Source: Chlorokybus atmophyticus (taxonomy: Eukaryota > Plantae > Mesostigma and Chlorokybus algae). Taken from it: a stretch of 38,172 nucleotides of DNA. Below are positions 23,051 to 33,650 of the stretch, piece by piece; within the stretch, counting starts at the first letter, position 1, and every line of letters starts with the position of its first letter. The DNA lies in assembly GCA_009103225.1 (NCBI GenBank), contig RHPI01000029.1, forward strand, positions 1 to 38,172, in the 5' to 3' direction. A model generated the notes under the pieces. The model ran no database searches. It was not told the origin of the DNA and saw only the letters and a list, made by a program, of their open reading frames with translations. The translations under genes and the position numbers were made by a program.

Positions 23051-23101
23051 ACCGTCGACTCCTCTCCCACCCCGTACAACAAGGAGGAAGAGGATGCCAC
23101 C

Positions 23102-23956
23102 GTGGAAGTAACATTACAAGACCCAGCTAAACGACGCTGGCGCGCACAGGTGGACGCACACATCTTGCTCAGCCATCCACTGATCACCACGCGTTTCCTC
23201 AACTACCGAAGCCACAACAAGGTGCAGGACCACCATATGGTGGCCACCGGAGTGGTGGAGTTCCACACCTTTCGCAGGCAACAGGGCATCACGGTGTTGG
23301 AGCTGTTTGGAGGCATTGGCAGTGGTCTTGCTGCGGTCCTCAACACAGGTGTAAAGGTTGTCAAATACTATTACTACGACCCAGACCCACACGCGCAGGC
23401 AGTGCTCAAGCACCACTTACGCCAACTGCACGAAAGGTATTCACGTCAACTACCCCTCTCGGCGTTGCAAGGCAGCCTCAAAGCATTGCCACAGGACATC
23501 CGGCTGATCACTGAAGATCACCTACTGTCCCTCGGCAACGTCGACTTAATAGCTGGGTGGGAATGCCAGGGGCACTCCAGGGCAGGCAAGGGGCAAGGCC
23601 TCGAAAACCCTCGCTGCGGGCTGTTCTGGGAGCTGATGAGAATCATCCACCTCATTCAACACCACCAGATCTTCAGACCCCTGGGGTACGTCATCGAAAA
23701 TGTGCATTCAGAGGATGACAAGCGTCCGCACGTGGCCTCCAGCTACCGACAAGTTTGCTCCATTCTGGGGAACCCACTCAAGGTGAACGCGGCACGACAT
23801 GGCTCCCGCGCACATCGTGTACGTGCCAAGTGGACAAACTTGGCCACCGTGGAAGAACTCATGACCGCAGAATACACGCGCAGCACTCGGCCGCGCAACC
23901 TGCTGGTCGATGACATCCTCGACTCCCCTCGACCCGACACCCCCCTCTGCTCTTGA
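23102..23956 (+). pseudogene. DNMT3-like C5 cytosine methyltransferase (motifs I-VIII), C-terminally truncated
   Basis: Motif I VLELFGGIGSG; IV GWECQGHS; GLENPRCGLFWELMRII; VI YVIENV; VIII HRVRAKWTNL. Diverges from copy B right after ILD, so the TRD and motifs IX-X are absent. Confidence 0.9.
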
Positions 23957-24701
23957 CACGCACGCCGCAACTCCCCAACGGGGCGCCGCATCGCCCCAAG
24001 TTGCTGGACTTGTTTTGCGGAGGGGGAGGCGCCAGCATGGGCTTGTACCGCGCCGGCTTTGACGTCACTGGTGTGGATATACATGCCCAGCCAGAATACC
24101 CCTTCCACTTAATCCATGCCGATGCGCTGACAGTCGACCTGGTTGAGTACGATGTGATCTGGGCAAGTCCCCCCTGCCAGGCCTTTGCGCGCTGTATACC
24201 CGACACACAACGGTGCAGCACTCTCACAAATGGCAGCACAACACTTTGCTACATGACATCAGACAGAAGCTACACGAGTCCAGCAAGCATTACATCTTGG
24301 AAATTATCCCCGACGCGTCCATACACATGCGTGCCGACATGGTCCTGTGCGGCACCATGTTCTCGCTCTCTAAATTTCGACACAGAGTGTTCGAGTCCAG
24401 CCCGCTTCTGTCTGTTGACAAGGTTTGTGACCATGCATTACACAGTTTGGGTGCGTTGTCTGGACACCGCACTGCACATACCAACGCGCAGCAGCCCCCA
24501 CAGCACCAAATGTATCCGATCTATGGGCAAGCGGCTTCACGCGGGACTGTAGCAGGGTGGCAGAAAGCGATGGGCATCAATTGGATCCATGCAGAGTCTA
24601 CTCTGGTAGAGTGCATACCCCCGGCGTACTCTGAGTACATAGGCCGCCAGATGTTGAAGGCGCTAGGGTACACTCTGCACGATTCATCTCTGTCGTGGTG
24701 A
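23953..24701 (+). pseudogene. Second C5 cytosine methyltransferase of small phage/actinobacterial type; one frameshift near 24213
   Basis: [27 protein letters not shown] (I-II), [17 protein letters not shown] (IV). After the frameshift: YILEII (ENV-like VI), [14 protein letters not shown] (VIII), AMGINW, ECIPPAYSEYIG (X). No own ATG; no introns. Confidence 0.9.
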
Positions 24702-25505
24702 TCCACTGCATTGTGGTTCATGCACTTATTGGTCTTGCACACACATTGATAGCGCTGCAGTTGTTGAAAGTCACAATCTCGCTATATGACCTAGTGCGAT
24801 GAAGCACGAGTCGACCAACGCAGTTTGCATCTTCAACAGATACAATCTGCAACAGCACACACCATCACCCATTCACAATCTGTACACGTCCCCACATGCA
24901 CTGCAACCTCCTGAATTGTGGCATTTTTCAGTTCTCACCATGCACAAGATTATTTACAACACAACCCAGGCCACTGATACAATTTCAGCACAATGGCAAG
25001 TGGTCCAAGAGCCAGTGCACGTGCTGTAACTGCACCACTCTGTGTAATTTGCATTGCGCATTACAGCATGCATGGTTCAAGCTCTGCAAAAGCATTGAAT
25101 TGCACACGCAAGTGTTCAAACTGCGCATGACCAATATACACAGGCAATGGTTCAAGGAGCCAGCTTACATGCTGTAACTGCACATGCATAGCGCATCCCA
25201 GTATGCACTTGCAAGCTCTGCACAAGTTCTGCATTGCACACACCGCTGCCAAGAGCCAGGTGCACAGGGTCATAACTTCAAGCCTCGCAGTGGGACCTGC
25301 TGGTAGCGTGGAGCGCCGAGGTCAACACGACCGGTTCATTTGGGCTCAATCACACGACCCACTTGAAACAAGGCGGACTGCAATGCCGTCGGCATGGGCA
25401 ACGCTGCCTGGGCAAGCGGCGGCGCCGGCGGCGCCGGCGGTCCATTTGCAGCGCTCACATCAGACGCACCATCGATAACAGGGACCGCAAGACTGCAATC
25501 AAAAA

Positions 25506-27556
25506 CACACGGATTGACGTTCGGGGACCATGCATGGTCCTTCCACGGACCCCGCGGGCCATACATGGTCCGTCCCCGCGGACCACGAGTGTCTGGTCCG
25601 CGAGGGACGGACCGTCCATGGTCCTTTTGGGGCCCCAACACCTGGCGCGCAGTTGCGCACCACATATGGTCCGTGCCGCACCTTGTATGGTGCGGCACGG
25701 ACCAGTACTCTACGCTGGTTCCTGGATGCGGACCAGGAGTGGGCCCGCGGCTCAGCGGCCCGGCAGCCGCGCACCGTACATGGTCCGTGCCGCACCATGT
25801 ATGGGGCGGCATGGACCAGCAATGTTGCTGGTTGGCGGCCCTGCAGGGCGCGCTACACGTGTACCATGACTGTAGTATCGTTATTGCATGAACGAGTACA
25901 TACGTACAATGTGTGTATCATCATTTAATAAATGACAGGCCGCACTGACTGTCGCCGCTTACCATAAAGTGGACAGTCGCAAATGGTCGGCGGCTGTCAA
26001 TGTATATTGACAGCCGGCTGTCCACGTACACTACGTACACTTTAACTTGACAGCCGCCGACCAGTTGCGGCTGTCCACTTGTGGCCTATATATGTATATA
26101 TGGATATGTGTATACATATAAATATATGTGTATATATACACATATATATATATGTATACAAGCATATGTATATATATGTTGATAAATATACGTGTGTGCA
26201 TGTAGGAATACGCTTAAGGTATACAAGCAAAAATTGTTGACGAATTGCGCAATTTGCAGCCGTGCAATTACTTCATATCTATTATTTCACGTACATACAT
26301 TGTTGTAAGTATATTGATGCGCGTACACATGTGCATCAAACCTTTCATATGTAAAATTATATACATCTCAAATTATGTATAAAAATATAACTGTACAAAG
26401 TGTTATGATTGCTGTACAATTACATAGTCTAAAAAATTCATTATATCAAATTTACATCCATGCGTTGCGCGTGTTAATTACATTATATATAGTTTGTTGG
26501 TTATTACATTACCATAATGTTGACAACCGTTAACATCATACCATGAATACATATGTTGATGATGTTCGCATGTTGCATTGCTAGGCGTAGTTGATGGTAT
26601 GTTTGATTATAATGATTTGTACGAAACGAAAGCGCAAGCAATGTCAGATGTTATGACTTGTAGCCTTACTTGTATAACCTCATAAATGGCCTATAAAAGC
26701 CTCATGCGACCACAGAATCATCGACAGCCCGATAAGGTACACTGGCTGCATTGACAGTCGCAATTTGGCTACTATCGCTAAGCATTGTCACAATGACAGC
26801 CCCTAACAAGTCTACAGATTGTACTGGCGTATTGACAACCGCCGAGTTCGCGGCTACCGGTATGTAGTTTGCCACCGTCCATGTAACTGGTACAGCCTAT
26901 GAATGCTACAGTTGCATGGGCTCAGCCTATGGGCCTATCAAAGTGACAATCTCCGACTGTCCATCGGCAATTACTGCCGCCGGCCGACAGTCGCCAAGCG
27001 GCGCATGCAACACTATATGATATAGGTTGCCATACAACCCTACCGGTACGTGCACTTGTAGCTTAGTGGTTAGGGCGTCGTCTTTGATACGCTAAAGGTA
27101 CTGGGTTCGAATCCGGCCGATGCGTGTGTTAGACTAATCATTCCACTAACGCCGCAGAGCTGGCCGCGGCCTCGTGCGCCGCAGGTTGGGCGTAGCCGGT
27201 GCCGCCGGCAAAGATGTCTCAACTTTTACTGCATTTGCACTCATCTACATTGTTCCATAATACAATTCGGTCCATGGTCCGCTCCGGACCAGTTATGATT
27301 GAAATATTGTAATGATATGATTTTGTCCCTGGTCTGATGGCCGGACCATACCTGGTCCTGACGCAACAGTAATTGGCCGGACCTTCAATGGTCCGTACCA
27401 AGGGACAATGGTACCATTCATGTGAAATTCGGACCATGCATGGTCCGACTGTCCATGAAAGCCGGACCATACATGGTCCGTCAATTTCACTTAGCAGGGG
27501 AAAATCCCGGTCCTGCGTCACGGACCATTCATGGTCCTTGAACGTCAATCCGTGTG
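25506..27556. mobile_element. Non-autonomous CACTA-like element with 17-bp TIRs and GGACCA subterminal repeats
   Basis: CACACGGATTGACGTTC at 25506-25522 has an exact reverse complement at 27540-27556. Dense GGACCATG/CATGGTCC arrays at both ends; perfect 16-bp hairpin 25667-25704; AT-rich core. No matching TSD (aaa vs atg). Confidence 0.75.
27052..27123 (+). pseudogene. tRNA-like sequence (tRNA pseudogene or SINE head) with Pol III A and B boxes
   Basis: TAGCTTAGTGG (A box) and GGTTCGAATCC (B box) at tRNA spacing. Acceptor and anticodon stems pair poorly, so it is not called a functional tRNA. Confidence 0.62.
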
Positions 27557-28426
27557 ATGGGGATGCGAGAAGGTGGCAATGCAACTTGAGCAAGACTATT
27601 GACTTAGCTAGTCACCAATCACCCCGCAATCCCTCTGTTCGCATTCGGCACCAGATTGTTATGGTTGGACGCCTTCCTTTGCTCGATACGGCAAGCCTAT
27701 CACGAGGTTGCCTCGGCAGCCACTGACACCTAAAAAGAAGCGCAAGAGGCCATACTTAGGTTGCCAGGGGTGGAAGCAGCGTGATAACGCCGACGCATCG
27801 CAGCTGCTCATGAGCAGCATGTTCAACAGCCAGAGATTCAGCTCTCTGTGCGGGCACGAGCAACGACGGTGCTAGAAGTGGGGCTGGTCAATGGCTGATG
27901 GGATGCCTACATGGCGGGAATCATAAGGGTTCTTACCATCACTCACGACATAAGAGCGAGGCTCCTGCGCGCAGTGTATCTCCAGCCCATGCCTCAGACT
28001 CACCGCTGGAGTGACGTGGTCAACAATCCAACAGCAACATGGGAAGGTACACTGGTCAGGGAGGCAGCTCATGCTGTACGCTGGACTTATGTGGAAGAAC
28101 GGGCTGCACGGGAGACGGGCCTACAAACACCCGATCCTCCAGGGTTTCCCCAACAGCCACTAGCTACGCCGCCAGGTATGACCCCGGCCACACAAAGGCG
28201 CAATCCCCCTGCGCCACAACCAGGACAACCACAGGCAGCACCGCCAGCACCCAGGCCACAGCGGGTATACCAACAGCCAAGACAAGGACGGTTCGGGCCA
28301 GGCCGCGGACAAGGAGGTTCTCAAGACCAAGCTGGTCGAGGGGCAATTGCCGCACTGCGCTCAACACCACTGGAGGAGACTGCAGCAGCAGTCACCCCAC
28401 GCACACGCTACTGATGATTCAAGCGG

Positions 28427-29041
28427 TTGCGCATCCACGCCAACGCAGCCATGATCGCCAACAAAGGCAAGCATATCACCATCAATGGACGAGCACCCAA
28501 GCGCGTGATGCTAGACTCTGGAGCCCAGCCTGTCATCATCGGACGTTGCCTCGCACGCAACCTTGGCATCACTAACGCTGAGCTGATGCCTTGCCCATAC
28601 GTGCTTGACACAGCAACCGACAGCCGTGACAAGGTGATTGGCATCACCAAGCAGGCCCTCTGCATTCGTCTGTTATGGTTGGACCCTTCCCACAGCATCG
28701 AGGTCATACAGAAGTGTGTGGTCACCGACGCTGGATCCTTCGACCTGTTGCTGGGACAGGACTTCAACTTCCCTGTTGGCATGGGGCTTGACTGCTGGAC
28801 AGAGAAGGCATGGTTTCGTCCCCATTGGGATGAGGAGTATGGAGAGGTTCAAGGATATCTGCCTCTTGAACTGGTGGCCCGCACTCGCTCTCACCAAAGG
28901 TCAGCTGCAGCAGCCACCTATAAGGCGGTTTCGACAACCACTGACAGATCAGCTGCGGTGGTCACCCACACCCTTGATCAGGACTCTCCTGTCCCATACA
29001 ACGAGTCCCAAGAGGATGCCATTGAAAAAGTTGCTCACTAG
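28427..29041 (+). pseudogene. Retropepsin-like aspartic protease, copy B
   Basis: KRVMLDSGAQPVIIG; FDLLLGQDF. Strongly similar to copy A. Ends at a premature TAG where copy A has Gln. Confidence 0.87.
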
Positions 29042-29054
29042 GAACCATCTGAAC

Positions 29055-29570
29055 CAGGGTCACACGGTACGCGCGTATTTTGCAAAAAGTACGCGTTTGC
29101 ACGCGTACAAAGCCGCCGTGTACCGTGTACGTCGTATGTACGCAGTCTGTACGCAGCGCCGGTCAAAAGAGCTAATTCCGCGAGGTCACCCATCCCAACA
29201 TTATCCACACTGTTGACACACCAATCTGGCGACGCGACAGCGTCGCGCTATCATTCAAAAGCGCCGAGTTTATACCTTTGCCAACATTATGCACACATGA
29301 TAATATATGTAAACATATATAGCTAACTAAAAGTGTAAGATGTATCAAGTAGTGGCGGCGGCGGTAGGTGTGCAGGAGAAGAGGGGTGTTAGTGGAACCC
29401 AGTAGTCGTCCAACCGATGTACATGCATGCAAGCACTCTCTCTACTTTGTTATGTAAAATGACATTAAGAAACATTGCGTACTGCTACATACTGGCATGA
29501 ACTAGTACACGTATATACACGTATAGCAATGCCCGCGTATTAAACGTGTATTGCGTACCGTGTGACCCTG
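29055..29570. mobile_element. hAT-type MITE (516 bp)
   Basis: Perfect 18-bp TIR CAGGGTCACACGGTACGC / GCGTACCGTGTGACCCTG; 8-bp TSD ATCTGAAC at 29047-29054 and 29571-29578; no coding capacity. Confidence 0.93.
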
Positions 29571-29578
29571 ATCTGAAC

Positions 29579-30609
29579 GCCACTGGCGCGCATAGGTGGT
29601 CGCACATCTACTACTGACCAGACCACGGCTCACTGCACGGTTCCCTCTTTACAAGGACCAAGCTGCAGTCCAGGAGCAACACCAGGTGGCCACTGGAGTA
29701 GTGGAGTTTCACGTGTTCCGGCGACAACAAGGCATCACCGTGTTGGAATCATTTGGAGGTACAGGTAGTAGCCTCGCCGCTGTTCTCAACACCGGCGCGA
29801 CGGTCACTAAATACTTCTACTGTGACCCTGATCCACACGCACAGATTGCCCTGAGCCAGCACTTGCGCCACCTACACCAACACTACCCGCAGCAGCTGCC
29901 ACTATCGGCACTGCAAGGCAGTCTGAAAGCACTGCCACATGACATCCGTTTAATCACTGCGGATCACCTTTTGGCAATGGGCAACATCAACCTGATAGCA
30001 GAATGGATCAAGGACACTCCAGAGCAGGCCAAGGACTCGCTGATCCGCGCGCGCGATTGTCCTGGGAACTGATGCGTGTCATCATAAACCTGCAGAGCAA
30101 TCAGCTGTCCAGGCCTCTGGGATACATCATCAAAAATGTGCGTTCCGAGGACGATAAGCGCCATCACGTGGCCAACAGCTTTCAACATGTGTGTTCTTTA
30201 CTGGGACTCCCTGTAAAAATCAACGCAGCGCGCCATGGATCCCGTGCTCATCGCGTCCGCGCCAAGTGGACCAACCTAGCTACAATCGAAGATTTCTTTG
30301 CAGCTAAATATCTGCACAGCAGCTGTCCACGCAATCTCACCATCGAGGCCATCCTGGACCCTGGGCGCACAGCACAACCGGTCACGCGACACGATCACCA
30401 GCAATCCTATCAATGCAACCAGCCTGGTCAACCACGTTGTGCGCTCCCCACTTTGATGCCTTACCCAGGATCATACGCTTTCCGCAACCGAGGCGAAGGC
30501 ATGGTGTTGGATGCCAACACAGGCCGACTACAGGAACCCAACGCGCGTGAGCGCGAACGCGCCATGGGATTCTCCAGGCAGTATCACAGGTTCCACGCTG
30601 ACCGACAGC
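29579..30609 (+). pseudogene. DNMT3-like methyltransferase copy B, motifs I-IX
   Basis: VLESFGGTGSS (I). A small deletion removes the catalytic E-C of motif IV and shifts the frame. Then LSWELMRVI, HRVRAKWTNL, a TRD and EPNARERERAMGF (IX). Confidence 0.88.
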
Positions 30610-33238
30610 TGTTGAGGATATTCCTACATCTAGGTCAATAGGTCAGTCGGTCAGCTTGCCCTCTACATAAGAATAGCCGCCAGAAGGTTCCAGGAGACTC
30701 AAGTCAAGAGGTCTAGGCGAGAGAAGGTTCCAGGCGCGTCGGCGAGTCCGGAGTCTGGAGACTTCCAGGCGCTGTAGTAGAATGATTGTATCCCGATGGT
30801 TACTTGACTATTTGGCGTGTGCCATAGCTTATTGGAAAGCTCTTGAAGTTATCTACGTGGCACAACCTAGAAGGCAGGCTAAGGTTGAGTGTGCTAGATG
30901 CAGTAGCTTCTAGAGTAGAAGCATGTGTAGCTGGCGGGTATAAAACCCGTGGACCCAATGGCAATAGATGGTCTTGCATAGTCTCCTGGCGCTGGTGTTG
31001 TGGCGTGCATTTGTGCATGTGCATGCTTGTCATCGTCCATCTCAACAGGTTTTTGGCCCACACACGCTTGTGTAGCGTGTAGTGAGTTGATTCGTGTGAG
31101 TAGGTGTGGATGCTTTGTGAGTAGTAGGTTGCAAGGTCTGCAAGTAGCAGAGGGGCAACGAAGGTCACAAGCATGGACGGCATCAAGTACACGATCAACC
31201 CACTGGACGTTGACAACTACAACATTTGGAGCGTGAAGATGGAGCTGCTACTGGCCCATAAAGAGTTGTGGAAGTATGTAGACCCGAAGGAGACTGTTCC
31301 CGTCGGTGAGGCGAGTGTCTGGGCGTCTCAAGGGAGAAAGGCTGAGCGCTGATTGGCTTGCACATGGTGGACCATCACCTGGTGCTGGTGAGGGAGTGCA
31401 AAGATGCAAGGGAGCTTTGGACAAAGCTTGAGAACCACTTCAAGGCGCGGAACATGGCAAGGAGACTGCAGCTGAGGCAGGAGCTCAACTCGTTGCGCAA
31501 AGAGAGCGGAGAGGCCATTATCAAGTTCATGGCGCGCGCGAAGGCGTTGCGGAGGGACTTGCTCGGTGTTGGCCACGAACTCAAGGAAGTGGAGGTAGTT
31601 TGGGCTGTGCTCTCAGGTTTGCCCAAAGAGTATAGGGTTGTTGTCACTATCTTGGAGTCGTCAACGGAGGACTTGACGCTGGACGGGGTGACACCACGGC
31701 TTCTTCAAGAGGAGCAGCGCTTGAGAAAGGAGGATGAAGTAGAGAACGGAGCTAAACCCGGAGGCGTGGCGTTCACAACTTCATCGAGGTATGCACATGA
31801 GAAGAAGGGCGCTCGAGGCAGCAATGTGGAGTGTTGGCATTGCGGGGAGCGTGGTCATGTGAGGAGCAAGTGTCCCAAGTGGAAGAGGGGGAGGGCTGAT
31901 GGTGAGGAGCGGGTGTGTACGTTCCACGCATCTGATGAAGGAGCGGAGTATCCTGGGTGGGTGCTGGATTCCGGAGCGAGCAAGCATCTCACAAGCGACA
32001 GAAGCAAGCTCATTAACCTCACTCCTTTGACTGAGCCAGTCACGGGGGACTTTGGGAACAAGAAGATGTTGAATGCTGTTGCAAAGGGAGAGGCCAACCT
32101 CAGGTGCAAGGTTGGTGGTGTAGTGAAGAAGGTTGTGCTTCGAGATGTACTTTATGTGCCAGGTGCATCTGCTAGTTTGTTCTCAGTACGTGTAGCCACG
32201 AGGGTTGGTGCTAGAGTTGTGTTTGATGCGGACAAGGCTAGGATAGTGCTTCGAGGCGTCACACATGTGGTAGGCATCAACAAGGGCGGATTGTACTACG
32301 TTGAGGAGGACAAGGCGCACAAGGATGTTGCAGCGACAAAGGTGGTTGACAAGGGAGCATTCAAGACACCACAAAGGCAAGGCAACAAGGAGGCACTGAA
32401 GATTGCTGTGAAGCGGACGAGCTCGGAGCCCGTGGGAGCTGCAAGGAGTTACAAGCAAGTGGTGGAGAGCAAGGTGGCTAAGGAAGAGCCAAGGGCTATC
32501 ACTAGGGCTGGAGTTGCAGTCTCAAGAAAGGAGGAGCAGCTGGTGCAAGGCGGCAACGAGCACGTGCAGCAAAAGAGCAAAGGGTTGAAGGTCAACCAGG
32601 AGGCTCAAGTTGCTGTGGAGAACAAGTTCTTCAAGGCTAACCGCTTTCAGGCGCTCATGGGAAGCATGGTGGAAGAAGTGGAGCAAGAAGAGAAGGTGAA
32701 AGGCATCTTGGCAATCGCGCACAAGAAGAAGAGCAAGGCTAGCATGAGAGCTAGTGGTGCATGAGCTACAAAGGTGAAGGTGTGAAGGTCAAGCTGCTCG
32801 CGTGTGAGTGTTGAGGATATTCCTACATCCAAGTCAGTCGGTCAGCTTGCCCTCTACATAGGAATAGCCGCCAGAAGGTTCCAGGCGACTCAAGTCAAGA
32901 GGTCTAGGCGCGAGAGGGTTCCAGGCGCATCGGCGAGTCCGGAGTCTGTAGACTTCCAGGCGCTGTAGTAGAATAATTGTATCTCGGTGGTTACTTGACT
33001 ATTTGACCTGTGCCATAGCTTGTTGGCAAGCTCTAGAAGTTAGCTACATAGCGCAACTTAGAGCGCAGCACTTAGTTGAGTGTGCTAGATGCAGTAGCTT
33101 CTAGAGTAGAAGCATGTGTAGCTGGCGGGTATAAAACCCGTGGACCCAATGGCAATAGATGGTCTTGCATAGTCTCCTGACGCTCGTGTTGTGGCGTGCA
33201 CTTGTGCATGTGCGTGCTTGTTATCGTCCATCTCAACA
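30610..33238 (+). mobile_element. Complete non-autonomous Ty1/copia-type LTR element (gag + protease only)
   Basis: 5' LTR 30610-31047 and 3' LTR 32809-33238, both TGTTG...CAACA. 5-bp TSD ACAGC (30605-30609, 33239-33243). PBS GGTTTTTGGCCCA at 31048-31060 resembles the copia half-tRNA-iMet PBS GGTTATGGGCCCA. Confidence 0.95.
31173..32764 (+). CDS. gag: Copia-type Gag-protease with one frameshift near 31340; no integrase core, RT or RNase H
   Basis: LDVDNYNIWSVKMELLL, ARELWTKLENHF, VLSGLPKEY (copia gag); CWHCGERGHVRSKC knuckle; WVLDSGASKHL protease; LRDVLYVPGASASLFSV, GGLYYV; then a Lys/Glu-rich non-pol tail. Confidence 0.88.
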
Positions 33239-33243
33239 ACAGC

Positions 33244-33650
33244 AATGTCAGTTGTTGGGACGCGCAATGGACCAGAACAGCATAGCGTGGTTATTGGAGA
33301 TGTGCTTTGCTCTCCAAGACCGCCATGTGTCCTTCGAGGAGCTCGAACACCTAGCGGGGGGGTGGGTTGATCGCGTTCGAAAGACCAAAGCGGCACGCAC
33401 CGCCCTTGAAATCGCTTATATGGAGGAGCAGGCAGCAGTCATTGTGGAGGACATTCCAGTAGTCGCCAACGCTACCTCTTGGTCCCATGCCATTGGACCA
33501 CTGACTATAGGCCAGACGCGGGAACAACTTGAGGCTCTTCTCAACAAGTGGAGGAGTCAGTTCAGTTTCAGCGTAAAGGAACTGGCGTCTGCTCAGTTTA
33601 CAAGATGGACATCGAGCTGGTGGACACCGAACCGATTTTCCGACAACACC
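33244..33650 (+). pseudogene. DNMT motif X and N-terminal start of Ty3/Gypsy reverse transcriptase (copy B continuation)
   Basis: CQLLGRAMDQNSIAWLL (motif X-like), then REQLEALLNKWRSQFSFSVKE / GVCSVYKMDIELVDTEPIFRQ, which resembles the gypsy pre-RT L..F.D.F...G....I.L....P..Q segment. Confidence 0.72.

Larger units (their letters stand above)
16479..24701 (+). mobile_element. Decayed Ty3/Gypsy-type retroelement, copy A (gag - unknown - protease - DNMT3-like - phage-type DNMT); no RT/RH/INT present
   Basis: Collinear gag, CCHC knuckles, aspartic protease and DNMT on the + strand. 16479 to about 16990 is LTR-like non-coding DNA, but no partner LTR was found, so the left boundary is approximate. 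Confidence 0.72.
27557..33650 (+). mobile_element. Decayed Ty3/Gypsy-type retroelement, copy B (pre-protease region - protease - DNMT3-like - start of RT), interrupted by a MITE and a copia element
   Basis: Removing the two TSD-flanked insertions restores collinear PR-DNMT-RT coding. Truncated on the left by the CACTA-like TIR and on the right by the CACTA element. Confidence 0.85.

Noticed and set aside
25506-25830. CRISPR-like or satellite array from the regularly spaced palindromes
   Set aside because: The repeats are not constant-length direct repeats with unique spacers. They lie inside a TIR and match CACTA subterminal motifs, and the context is eukaryotic.
27052-27123. Functional tRNA gene
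   Set aside because: The acceptor stem has mismatches and the anticodon stem does not pair, so no anticodon can be assigned.
14243-29595. Possible TAG/TAA = Gln genetic code (in-frame TAGs at Gln positions)
   Set aside because: The long intact CACTA exon uses only CAA/CAG for its many Gln and has no TAR. At least one TAG (14456) appears to fall at a Trp-like position, and the affected ORFs also carry frameshifts, so mutation explains them.
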